From contig CAJXYP010000009.1 of assembly GCA_913063225.1 (NCBI GenBank), positions 27,719 to 91,718 on the forward strand: a stretch of DNA of 64,000 nt. Direction: 5' to 3'. The notes under the pieces were generated by a model. The model worked only from the letters and a program-made list of their open reading frames with translations, was not told the DNA's origin and did not search any database. Shown one piece after another: positions 41,092 through 50,255 of this stretch. A program made the position numbers and the translations under genes. This stretch comes from an uncultured Cellvibrionales bacterium (GTDB lineage: Bacteria > Pseudomonadota > Gammaproteobacteria > Pseudomonadales > GM7GCV1). The stretch's first letter is position 1. Every line of letters starts with the position of its first letter.

Positions 41092-43707
41092 ATGAACAGA
41101 AAAAAAGAAATACAATCCAGTTTATCGCTAAAAATATTGGTGCTCATGGTTATGGCGGGACTATCGAGCCAAGCTTTGGCGCAGAGTATTGACGATATTA
41201 CGCCCGAACAAATAGCTCAGTTCTCTGCGTTGCCTGCATCGCTTCAGCAGCAGTTGGCCGGGCAGCTGGGCGTTGACCTTAGTGCTCTGCAAGCTTTGTC
41301 TGCTGGAGGAGAAGTAAATCAGGCACCTGCGGTGGGGCAACCGGGTGAACCCCTTGTGCCGTATGAGGCCGATGAACCCCTAGAATTGGCTGAAGCGCTT
41401 GTTGAAGAAGCGGCGTCGGAGTTGGTTCGTTATGGTTTAACGCTTTTTGATAGAGAGGTTTCTACCTTTGCGCCGGTAGATAATGCGCCTGTCCCCAGTG
41501 ACTATGTGGTTGGGCCAGGAGATTCCTTTAATGTATTGCTATTTGGTGCGGATAACCAAAGTCTGCTTCTCTCAGTGGATCGTGAAGGCGTTATTAATTT
41601 CCCCCGGTTAGGGGCAATCTCAGTAGCGGGTTTAACCTTTGCTGAATCTAAACGCCTTATTGAAACCAGAGTAAATGAACAACTTATTGGGGTTGATGCG
41701 GTTATCAGTGCCGGCCGCCTTCGCGCTATCAATGTATTTATGGCGGGCGAAGTAAAGACTCCTGGGGCTTATTCCGTATCTGGATTAACTACAGTTACTC
41801 AGGCGTTGTTTGTTGCCGGTGGAGTATCAAATATAGGTACACTCAGGAATGTTCAAGTACTGCGCCAAAATGAAGTAATAGCGACGTTTGATGCTTACGA
41901 TTTGCTGCTGCGCGGAGACGCTTCTCAAGATATCCGTCTTCAATCGGGAGATGTGGTATTTGTGCCACCTTTATCCACCGTGGTTTCTATTGACGGAGCG
42001 GTTAGAAGGCCCGCAAAATACGAACTAATTGCAGGGCAATCCGTCACGGACCTTGTTGAAATGGCGGGTCGCTTCGAAACCAATGCCTATATCAAGATGG
42101 TCACCCTGAAGCGCTTTGATCGCAATGATGCTTTGCCGAAACTGATTAATCTCGACTTAACGTCAGCTGAAGACAACGCCCTTAGTTTACTCGACGGTGA
42201 TTACATACAAATTCCTGTTGCCGGAGAGACTTTCTCCAACAACATTCAGATTAAGGGCGCAGTGATTCGTCCAGGGACCTATGCGTATGAAGAAGGTATG
42301 CGTATTTCTGACCTGTTGCCAAGCGTGGATAGTCATTTGAATTTTGACGCTGATCTCAACTATGCCTTGCTTGTTTCGATTAAAAATGAACGGCTAGACA
42401 TAGAAGTCACCAGCTTTGACTTGGGCAGAGCCATAACTAATCCGGGCTCGGAATGGGATCCCATGTTGAGTTCTCGAGACGAAATTCTCGTGTTTGATCT
42501 CACTGAGGTTTCGAAAGAAGTCGTGGCAGGAGTGCAACCAGATTTATCTAATCAAGGAGACGAGACTCCGGTGGCCATAACGATCGGGGAAAATACCGCC
42601 TTGGCCGCAGCTCAAATTCAAGAGGCATCTAATCGACGAGAGCTTTTAGCTCCGGTAATTACTAAACTTCGGCTGCAGTCCCGCGAAAACGAGCCCGTGC
42701 AAATTGTTTTCGTAAGTGGTGCTGTGAAAGCTCCCGGAGAATACCCGCTAAAACCCGGAGATCGACTATCGCTTCTTTTAACCGCAGCTGGAGGGTTGAG
42801 GGGCGATGCTTTCCTTAATGAGGCAGAGTTGCGCAGGGTTATGGTTGATAATCAAGGCTTTGCAGATATCGAGATTACTGCTGTTGATTTAACGCTAAGA
42901 CTTACCGACGATCAGCATAATCCCATTCTGGCAAGTCGAGACCATATCTTTGTGCGTGCGATACCAGAATGGACACCCAGTCGCAGTGTAGATATAACGG
43001 GAGAAGTTCGCTTTCCTGGAACCTACCAAATCGGCCCGCGAGAGACCATTAGAGATGTAATTACGCGCGCCGGCGGGCTTACTAATATTGCCTTTGCTGC
43101 GGGGGCGATATTTACAAGAGAAAGCGCTAGAGACCTGCAGCATGCGCAACTTGTAACTTACGTCGATGATATTAGAAAGACTATTGCCGCAAAGTCACTC
43201 ACCTTAGAAGCGCAAAGTGCCGACATTCAAGAGCTGGAATCCATAGTTAGTTTGTTGATAAATAAAGAGCCTCTTGGTCGCCTTATCATCGATTTTCCAG
43301 CCATTTTTGCCGGTAATACGGTATCTGATATCGTGATACAAGATGGCGATAGTATAGAAATTCCAAGGGTGAGCAACACGATATCGGTAATAGGGGAAGT
43401 TCGTCGAGAAGGTGTCTATCGATATCAAGATAGCCTGACCTTAGATGATTGTTTAGAGCTAAGTGCCGGAACGACCGTTCGAGCGGACGAAGACGCGATT
43501 TACGTAATCAAGGCTGACGGGTCGGTAGATACCCTGCAGAATAATTTGTTTAGCTTTAGTGGTCCGAGCAACTCGTTAAGCCCTGGCGATACAATAGTGA
43601 TTCCGGTTAATTCTCAATACCGAGATACTATTTCCTATTGGAGTACCGTCACCGGAATTATCTATCAGACTGGTATTGCCGCTGCGACAGCTATCGCGTT
43701 ATTTTAG
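41092..43707 (+). CDS. Large polysaccharide export protein with multiple SLBB domains (OtnA/WbfF/KpsD-like)
   Basis: Signal peptide; Poly_export DYVVGPGD; repeated V.GEV..PG.Y SLBB units; C-terminal amphipathic helix. Confidence 0.9.
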   Translation: MNRKKEIQSSLSLKILVLMVMAGLSSQALAQSIDDITPEQIAQFSALPASLQQQLAGQLGVDLSALQALSAGGEVNQAPAVGQPGEPLVPYEADEPLELAEALVEEAASELVRYGLTLFDREVSTFAPVDNAPVPSDYVVGPGDSFNVLLFGADNQSLLLSVDREGVINFPRLGAISVAGLTFAESKRLIETRVNEQLIGVDAVISAGRLRAINVFMAGEVKTPGAYSVSGLTTVTQALFVAGGVSNIGTLRNVQVLRQNEVIATFDAYDLLLRGDASQDIRLQSGDVVFVPPLSTVVSIDGAVRRPAKYELIAGQSVTDLVEMAGRFETNAYIKMVTLKRFDRNDALPKLINLDLTSAEDNALSLLDGDYIQIPVAGETFSNNIQIKGAVIRPGTYAYEEGMRISDLLPSVDSHLNFDADLNYALLVSIKNERLDIEVTSFDLGRAITNPGSEWDPMLSSRDEILVFDLTEVSKEVVAGVQPDLSNQGDETPVAITIGENTALAAAQIQEASNRRELLAPVITKLRLQSRENEPVQIVFVSGAVKAPGEYPLKPGDRLSLLLTAAGGLRGDAFLNEAELRRVMVDNQGFADIEITAVDLTLRLTDDQHNPILASRDHIFVRAIPEWTPSRSVDITGEVRFPGTYQIGPRETIRDVITRAGGLTNIAFAAGAIFTRESARDLQHAQLVTYVDDIRKTIAAKSLTLEAQSADIQELESIVSLLINKEPLGRLIIDFPAIFAGNTVSDIVIQDGDSIEIPRVSNTISVIGEVRREGVYRYQDSLTLDDCLELSAGTTVRADEDAIYVIKADGSVDTLQNNLFSFSGPSNSLSPGDTIVIPVNSQYRDTISYWSTVTGIIYQTGIAAATAIALF

Positions 43708-43725
43708 CTAGATATTTGACATTTT

Positions 43726-44829
43726 ATGAACTTTACATCTGTCACCTCGGCCACTACGAATAGCCTCTTTAAAGGGCTAATCTTAGTAGTCTTGTGCGCA
43801 GTTATTGCGGGAATATCTGGAATTCTGACGGTTCTTTTAATGTTTTGGTTAACCCGTCAAAAAATCGCCCAAGACTGCCATGAAAAACACGGGATTTCTC
43901 ATCAATCGGCGTCCCGGCTAGGTGGAGTGGCTGTAGGCTTTTGTGCGTTTTGTATCTATTGGGTATCGGGGGAAATGCAGCTGCCGTTAGAGCGTGTTGA
44001 GGCTACATTTTTTTCGAATCTAACAATCTACGCCCTGCTAATTGGTGCAATTGGATTCTGTGATGATATTTATGGTCATATCTCGGCAAAGGTGAGAATT
44101 CTTGTAACGACACTAATCTTTGCTGCCTGCTTGATTATAAATCCGGGATATATTCCGACGGATATTGGAATTCCTATTATTGATACCGCACTGGATATTT
44201 GGCCTATCGCTTTTGTACTTTGTTTGGTGGCGTGCATTGGAATGTTGAACGCAACTAATATGGCGGATGGTGCGAACGGTTTAATGCCCCTGGTTTTTAT
44301 GGGCACTTTTTATGGATGTGCACTAATCACGGGTGAGCTGATTTATTTTGCATTGTCCATTGGTTTAATGGTCTTTAGTCTTTTTAATGTGCTTTCAGGA
44401 AGGCTATTTTTAGGGGATGTAGGTTCCTATGGGCTTGGAGCGATGGCCGTGCTTGGCGCAATAAAAATAATGAGCGAAACTGAAGCAGAGGTTTGGCTCT
44501 TCCTGTGTCTTGGCGCCTATCCGACTATCGAATTCTTTGTAAGTGTATCCAGAAGAAAACTGGCGGGCAGATCTCTGTTTTCTGCAGATAGTGACCATAT
44601 GCATAACAGGCTTTATGCATACATCCGACGATTCTTAAAATCTCCATTGGTAGCAAACTCAGTCTCTGGATTAACTATTGGTCTTGCTTCAACAGGTGTT
44701 AGCGTTCTTCTGCTTAGCCAATGGGACACCAACGCTAACTACTGGGCTCTACTTTTTGCGGCGCAGATTAGTGTGTACCTCTTAGCGTTCTATTTACTTC
44801 CATCCAATGAAGTGGCTGCCAGTGAATAG
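43726..44829 (+). CDS. wecA: MraY/WecA-family undecaprenyl-phosphate GlcNAc-1-P transferase
   Basis: RLGGVA, GFCDD, NATNMADGANGL, FLGDVGSY, DSDHMH. Confidence 0.82.
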   Translation: MNFTSVTSATTNSLFKGLILVVLCAVIAGISGILTVLLMFWLTRQKIAQDCHEKHGISHQSASRLGGVAVGFCAFCIYWVSGEMQLPLERVEATFFSNLTIYALLIGAIGFCDDIYGHISAKVRILVTTLIFAACLIINPGYIPTDIGIPIIDTALDIWPIAFVLCLVACIGMLNATNMADGANGLMPLVFMGTFYGCALITGELIYFALSIGLMVFSLFNVLSGRLFLGDVGSYGLGAMAVLGAIKIMSETEAEVWLFLCLGAYPTIEFFVSVSRRKLAGRSLFSADSDHMHNRLYAYIRRFLKSPLVANSVSGLTIGLASTGVSVLLLSQWDTNANYWALLFAAQISVYLLAFYLLPSNEVAASE

Positions 44830-44936
44830 CAAAACACCCAAATTGGTCGTCGCGGCAACCCATATAACTTCGGCCCTAAATAATGCCCCAAGAACCTAAT
44901 AGAGCAGCCGAATACCCTGAGTCGATGTCGAACCAG
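44791..44936 (+). repeat. Direct repeat copy 1 (wecA 3' end, intergenic, wzz 5' stub)
   Basis: 146 bp, 7 mismatches to 46571-46716 by manual alignment. Confidence 0.93.
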
Positions 44937-45041
44937 TGCCTGCAGATCAAGCAGCGCAAGCCATAAAATAAACATCCCTGTAATCATGACTCAACACATG
45001 GTTTCGGGCGAGAGTAATCATTTGGTACCAGAGGCCTTAAA

Positions 45042-46523
45042 ATGAAGTGCATAGTGAGCAGGTTTTTTGTTGTAGCAGTCATAACCGCCGTTATCCTGTC
45101 TCCCGTCAAATTATCTGCAGAACCCTGGGTAGATACCCGTGATCCCTGGATGCGGGCGGATATTGAATACCTATCTAAAATTGGGTTGATCCAGGTCCCG
45201 ATCAACACCTGGCCGCTGATGTGGTCGGCTATCCTGGACGATTTGGAGCGCGCCGATCTTCAGGGCCATCCCCAGCGAGCAGTAACCAGCTATGAAAGGC
45301 TAATGGTTGCTGGAAGCAGGGCCACGAAAGTCAATCGACCCCAACAGAGTCTGCAGCTAGCGGCTGCCACTGATTCCCAACTGTTCCGCCACTTTGGCGA
45401 TAGCGCCAGAGACAAGGCGCAACTGACACTGGGCCTTCATGGTTTAACTCGGCACTTCGCCTACAATATCGAGGTCAGCAAAGTGCAAAACCCCTGGGAT
45501 GGGGACAGCACACATTTTGACAATAGCTATCTGGCCGCGGTGTGGGGCAACTGGGTGGTGGCTGTGGGCAATATACAGCGCTGGTGGGGCCCGAGTTGGA
45601 CCAGCAGCCTAATACTCTCCAATAACGCGCGACCCACCCCTAGTCTGATGCTGCAGAGAAATTATTCCGAGGCCTCTGAACTGCCAGCGCTAAAATACCT
45701 AGGTCCCTGGACCCTCAGTGTCTTTGCCTCGAAATTGGATGATGACCGCCATATTAGCGGTGCCAAACTGCTGGGGATGAGTTTGGGGTTTAAACCCAGA
45801 TCAGATCTGGAGATTAACCTGCGGCGCACCGCCCAGTGGGGTGGGGAGGGCAGACCCGAGAGTTTTGATAATCTACTTAAATTGCTGACCGGCAATGCGG
45901 ACAACTGTGATACGGCTGAATGCAGGCTCGATGAGCCCGGAAATCAACTAGCGGCCATAGATTTTAGCTGGCAGATGCCGATGTTCGAAGCAACCCTGTA
46001 TGGGCAACATCTGGGGGAAGATGAAGCCGGTTATATGCCATCGAGAAGTTCCCAGCAGTGGGGCATTAAAAGACCGATTGCCGGGCAGGGTGCCAGCGGT
46101 ACTCTATTCCTAGAATTTGACGATACCACCACGGCTTACAAACGGCGATACAACATTCTCTATGACCATAGCATCTATAAAACCGGCTATCGCTACCGCG
46201 GCAGAGCTCTGGGCGCCACCTGGGACAATGATTCCAAGATAACTAGTGTGGGTTTTGTCGGCCAATTGGTTAATGGCGATCAGCTTGATATTCGCTACAG
46301 TCGTGGTGAGATCAATATGGACAGTCTCAATGGCGCGCCAAGCAGGCACAGCATTACTACAACCGGGGGTGAGGTGAGTCGGCTCTCTGCCAAATGGCGG
46401 CGATCTTTTACCTGGGGTGATGTCCAATTTGCAAGTTACCATGGAGACCGTCTGCTGGATGAATACGGCCGGCAAACTAAAAAATTTAGCATAGAGGCAT
46501 CGGTTAATTACAAGTTGTACTAA
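45042..46523 (+). CDS. wzi: Capsule assembly outer membrane protein Wzi
   Basis: RADIEYL..TWPLMW, QRWWGPSW..SLILSNNARP, RTAQWGGEGRP, NQLAAID, GEDEAG. Confidence 0.9.
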   Translation: MKCIVSRFFVVAVITAVILSPVKLSAEPWVDTRDPWMRADIEYLSKIGLIQVPINTWPLMWSAILDDLERADLQGHPQRAVTSYERLMVAGSRATKVNRPQQSLQLAAATDSQLFRHFGDSARDKAQLTLGLHGLTRHFAYNIEVSKVQNPWDGDSTHFDNSYLAAVWGNWVVAVGNIQRWWGPSWTSSLILSNNARPTPSLMLQRNYSEASELPALKYLGPWTLSVFASKLDDDRHISGAKLLGMSLGFKPRSDLEINLRRTAQWGGEGRPESFDNLLKLLTGNADNCDTAECRLDEPGNQLAAIDFSWQMPMFEATLYGQHLGEDEAGYMPSRSSQQWGIKRPIAGQGASGTLFLEFDDTTTAYKRRYNILYDHSIYKTGYRYRGRALGATWDNDSKITSVGFVGQLVNGDQLDIRYSRGEINMDSLNGAPSRHSITTTGGEVSRLSAKWRRSFTWGDVQFASYHGDRLLDEYGRQTKKFSIEASVNYKLY

Positions 46524-46570
46524 ATCGGAGGATGCTCCTCGCTTGCCTCAGATAACAGAGGCCTGCACAC

Positions 46571-46716
46571 TACCTACTTCCATCCAATGAAATGGCTGCC
46601 AGTGAATAGCAAAACACCCAAATTGGTCGTCGCGGCAACCCATATAACTTCGGTCCTAAATAATGTCCCAAGAACCTAATAGAGCACCCGAATACCCTGA
46701 GTCGATATCGAACCAG
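46571..46716 (+). repeat. Direct repeat copy 2 (orphan wecA 3' end plus functional wzz start)
   Basis: Same sequence as 44791-44936 at an offset of 1780 bp. Confidence 0.93.
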
Positions 46717-47646
46717 CGACCATACTACGAAGACGAAATTGATCTCCGTGAACTCTTTATGGTTCTCTGGAAAGACAAGTTATGGATTGTCGGAATTACC
46801 TTCTGTGCAGCGATCATATCTGTTGCAGTAGCTCTTTGGCTGCCGAATATCTACCGAGCAGAGGTACTTCTTGCGGCAGACGAAGAGGGTGGTGGTGGCC
46901 TTGCAAGCTTGGCTGGACAATATGGCGGGTTGGCCAGCCTGGCTGGCATATCCCTTCCTGCGGGTGGATCGAGCGAAAAAGCCATAGGCCTTGCAAAACT
47001 GCAATCGCGACAGTTTTTAGCGGGCTTTGTGGAAAGGCACGATATTCTTCCGGAGTTGATGGCAGCTGAATCATTCGATTGGAATACGGAAGAATTAAGT
47101 TACGACAAAAAAATCTATGATGTGGATGAGCAAATTTGGACCCGCAAGGTAAGAGCCCCATTGGAGTCGAAGCCATCTGCGCAAGAATCCTTAGTTGAAT
47201 TCCGAGAAATTTTAGCGGTTTCAGAAGATAATGAAACGGGATTTGTCACCATTTCAGTTGAGCATCTTTCTCCCATAGTCGCTCAGCAATGGGTAACTTG
47301 GATGGTTAATGATGTGAACGAAGAAATGATGTTGGACGCCACTGCCGAGGCTCAGCAATCGATCGACTATTTAACGGATCAGCTCAAAAACACCCAGGTT
47401 GTTGCGCTGGAAGAAGTGTTTTACTCGCTTATAGAAGAGCAGACGAAAACCATTATGCTGGCAAATTCCCGCCCAGAGTATCTATTCAAAACTATTGATC
47501 CGGCCGTTGCGCCCGAAGAAAGATTCAGTCCCAATCGCGCGTTAATCTGTGTATTGGGAACGCTTTTGGGAGGCATGTTAAGCGTATTAGGGGTATTGAT
47601 TTTGCACTACGTATTCAAGCCTGAAGGGGCGGTCCAGCGAAGTTGA
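46663..47646 (+). CDS. wzz: Wzz/OtnB-like polysaccharide chain-length regulator
   Basis: EDEIDLRELF..LW, two TM helices, LASLAGISL, IDPAVAPE..SPNRALI. Confidence 0.9.
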   Translation: MSQEPNRAPEYPESISNQRPYYEDEIDLRELFMVLWKDKLWIVGITFCAAIISVAVALWLPNIYRAEVLLAADEEGGGGLASLAGQYGGLASLAGISLPAGGSSEKAIGLAKLQSRQFLAGFVERHDILPELMAAESFDWNTEELSYDKKIYDVDEQIWTRKVRAPLESKPSAQESLVEFREILAVSEDNETGFVTISVEHLSPIVAQQWVTWMVNDVNEEMMLDATAEAQQSIDYLTDQLKNTQVVALEEVFYSLIEEQTKTIMLANSRPEYLFKTIDPAVAPEERFSPNRALICVLGTLLGGMLSVLGVLILHYVFKPEGAVQRS

Positions 47647-48128
47647 ATATCCAGTGGATCGCGGTTATGACCAAGGCGCGACAAGAGCGCAAGGCGGTCA
47701 CGAATCTGCAAGATCAAGGCTTTAGTGTCTACCTGCCCAGCACGCCAAGGCGTGACCCATTTGGCGAGGCGCTTGGCCTTGAGCCGCTATTTCCCGGCTA
47801 CTGTTTTTGCGCTGCACACACTGAGCAGCCCATCTCGCCACTGAGATCCACTCCGGGCGTTTTGTCTGTGGTGCGTTTTGGCCAGCAGATTGCCTACATC
47901 GACGCGCTAGCAATCGACCGCATAAGACTGGCAGAATCCTATTTGGCCGAAAATCCCACAGAGGGTTCTATTCAGGCCGGCGACAAGGTGAGGATAGTGG
48001 ATGGCCCACTGGCAGGGCTGGAAGGGTTAGCTTCGAACACCGGTCAAAAGCGAATCGAGGTGTTGATTGAGATGCTGGGTCAGCACCAGCGGTTGCGATG
48101 TGACCGGGATCAAATAGTCAAAGCCTGA
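47643..48128 (+). CDS. rfaH: RfaH-type transcription antiterminator
   Basis: WIAVMTKARQE, EPLFPGY, LRSTPGV..VRFG, KOW GDKVRIVDGPLAGLEG. Confidence 0.85.
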   Translation: MNIQWIAVMTKARQERKAVTNLQDQGFSVYLPSTPRRDPFGEALGLEPLFPGYCFCAAHTEQPISPLRSTPGVLSVVRFGQQIAYIDALAIDRIRLAESYLAENPTEGSIQAGDKVRIVDGPLAGLEGLASNTGQKRIEVLIEMLGQHQRLRCDRDQIVKA

Positions 48129-48191
48129 TTTCCCCAAAGGCCGAAGCCTTCGCTGAAGCCATCAAACCAGCATAAGAAACTGCCTGTGGGC

Positions 48192-48235
48192 TTGATAATT
48201 CGCTGTAATTAAGTAGTATGTTCACTGCTTGAACA
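48192..48235 (+). promoter_or_regulatory. Putative sigma70 promoter with overlapping palindromic operator
   Basis: TTGATA-16 nt-TAGTAT, then TGTTCA-CTGCT-TGAACA (48219-48235) upstream of the MarR-EPS gene. Confidence 0.6.
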
Positions 48236-48280
48236 GCCTTCTGTGTCTATGGCTTCAAGGAACTAGCGGGAGTTTTCCCT

Positions 48281-48291
48281 GCGGTAGCCTG
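48281..48291 (+). promoter_or_regulatory. ops element (RfaH loading site)
   Basis: GCGGTAGCCTG vs consensus GGCGGTAGnnTG; in the leader of the polysaccharide operon, just after rfaH. Confidence 0.7.
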
Positions 48292-48305
48292 CCCGAATTA
48301 AACCT

Positions 48306-48641
48306 ATGACCGATATCGAACTTCAATACCAAGCCCTTAAACAGCTGCAACGTAACCCAAAGCTCACTCAGCGCCAGCTGGCCGAGATCTTGGGCGTGAG
48401 CTTAGGTAAAACCAACTACTTGGTTAAATCTCTGCTGGATGTGGGCTGGTTAAAGCTCGAAAACTTCAGAAAATCAGATAACAAGATGGGATATATATAT
48501 CTGCTGACCCCCATGGGTATAGCGGAAAAGGCGGCGATTACGCGGCGATTTTTGGAGAGAAAACGATCTGAATACGAGCGATTGGTGCTCGAGATTGAGG
48601 CGCTCGAGAGCGAAGTTTCTGCGCCCGAGGCTCAAAAATGA
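48306..48641 (+). CDS. EPS-associated MarR-family transcriptional regulator
   Basis: NPKLTQRQLAEILGVSLGKTNY..ENFRKSDNK..YLLTPMG..K..RFL.RK..EYE. Confidence 0.9.
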   Translation: MTDIELQYQALKQLQRNPKLTQRQLAEILGVSLGKTNYLVKSLLDVGWLKLENFRKSDNKMGYIYLLTPMGIAEKAAITRRFLERKRSEYERLVLEIEALESEVSAPEAQK

Positions 48642-48776
48642 CAAAGCCGTTGCAGAGATCGCTTACCGGATTGCACGGTAAGGCTTGCGCCCGATAATGG
48701 CTCTTATCGCGTGCTATCACCTTTTTTATCGAGATAAATATGTCTCGATACTAACTAACAGAAGTAATGCAAATTT

Positions 48777-48929
48777 ATGTGCGGGATTGTAGGTGTGGTC
48801 GCAGAGCGGCCGATCATAGAGATCTTAATTGAAGGCTTAAAGCGCCTAGAGCACTGCGGCTATTATTCGGCAAGTAGCGTGGCAGTTTTTCACCGAGAAA
48901 ACTTGTCTCAGTTGCTGGTCGTAAACTAA
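48777..48929 (+). pseudogene. glmS: Truncated, decayed glmS 5' fragment (50 codons)
   Basis: [37 protein letters not shown].. then stop; the invariant LEYRGYDSAG motif is degraded. Confidence 0.85.
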
Positions 48930-48932
48930 TTC

Positions 48933-50255
48933 ATGAGAATTTCGATTAAGGTTAAGAACTCAGCCTTAAATATGGTAGGCGGCGCTCTGCCTGGTCTTAT
49001 AGGATTGGTGGCTCTTCCCGAAATTCTCGCAGAGCATGGAGACGTCTTTCTGGGCATTTATATGCTACAGATAGCACTACTTTTCGTGCTTAGCCTAACA
49101 GACCTGGGTGTTTCGAGAGCAATGATGCTTGTTAAATTCGACGAGCAAGTTAATCCAGGCGCAATGATTGGGCCTCCATTTGCTGTAGCAAAGGCACTGG
49201 TATTTAAGTTGTCTATTTGGTCAGCATTAGTTGTCGGGCTGATAAATGTCCTTTTTCTATCACAGTCTAATCAAAATGATATTGCCGTAGCTAACTTTGC
49301 ATTAATAATGGCTGGCCTTATATCATTAAATACACTTCCACATAGAGGTGTTCTGGAGCTCGAGGGGCGATTCCTGCTACTGAATGTGATTAGAGGGCTC
49401 AGTGCATGCGTCATCTATGTTGCGCCTCTTATGTTCGACAAAAATACAAGTGATTTATTCTTAAAGACTGCCCTCGTTATACTGTGTGCTCGGATAGTGA
49501 CTTACCAAGCTTATCGCGTTGTCACGTTAGGCCAATCAAAAATTTATAGTAGCGATATGATTTTAGAGCTAAAGGGGGTCATGTTTAGCAGAGCTAAGTG
49601 GGTTGGCTTGACTAATATTTTGTCATTGGGCCTCACATTTGTAGATCGCTATATCGTTGCTGTGGTTGTATCAGTGGGAGCAGTTGCTAGCTACACGCTT
49701 GCAACAGAGCTTAGCACCAAGGTTTGGCTGATTACAGGGGCTGTAATGTCTGCAGTCAATCCTGGTATCGCAAGCAATTACTTTTCCAAACTCAATCCTG
49801 GTGATTCGATGATTCGAATAGAAAAGTGGATTGTATATTTTAGTATCATTTTCCCAGTGATCCTATTTATTTTAAACTCTCAAAGGCTCGTTGAATTATG
49901 GCTGAAGGATAGTCTGGCAGAGAGTGTCGGGTATATTGCTGTAATTCTTTTGGTTGGAATTTCAGTAAATTCACTGTCACAGCTAAATTTCACCTTACTC
50001 CAATTGGCTGGTCGTGAAAAAGTTGGAGCATACCTTCAGATTTATGGTTTTTTTGGGTTGGTGGTGATGGCGTCGATTCTAGGGTTTACATATGGAGTTG
50101 TCGGAGTAGCCTGTGCATTTTCACTTCGGTTGATTTTAGATGCGCTAGCAGTCTCTTACCTGGTTAGCCTTGAAAAGAGTATTAAGAAGCCCATTTCTAT
50201 ATATGAATTGATGTTTGTTGTATTTTCTTTAAGCACATTGGTGGTCACATTATGA
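48933..50255 (+). CDS. wzx: Wzx flippase
   Basis: KNSALN start, DLGVSRA, VDRYIV, ~12 TM segments. Confidence 0.85.
   Translation: MRISIKVKNSALNMVGGALPGLIGLVALPEILAEHGDVFLGIYMLQIALLFVLSLTDLGVSRAMMLVKFDEQVNPGAMIGPPFAVAKALVFKLSIWSALVVGLINVLFLSQSNQNDIAVANFALIMAGLISLNTLPHRGVLELEGRFLLLNVIRGLSACVIYVAPLMFDKNTSDLFLKTALVILCARIVTYQAYRVVTLGQSKIYSSDMILELKGVMFSRAKWVGLTNILSLGLTFVDRYIVAVVVSVGAVASYTLATELSTKVWLITGAVMSAVNPGIASNYFSKLNPGDSMIRIEKWIVYFSIIFPVILFILNSQRLVELWLKDSLAESVGYIAVILLVGISVNSLSQLNFTLLQLAGREKVGAYLQIYGFFGLVVMASILGFTYGVVGVACAFSLRLILDALAVSYLVSLEKSIKKPISIYELMFVVFSLSTLVVTL

Noticed and set aside
48869-48881. Second ops-like GGCAAGTAGCGTG inside the glmS stub
   Set aside because: The core GCGGTAG is broken; explainable as decayed coding sequence.
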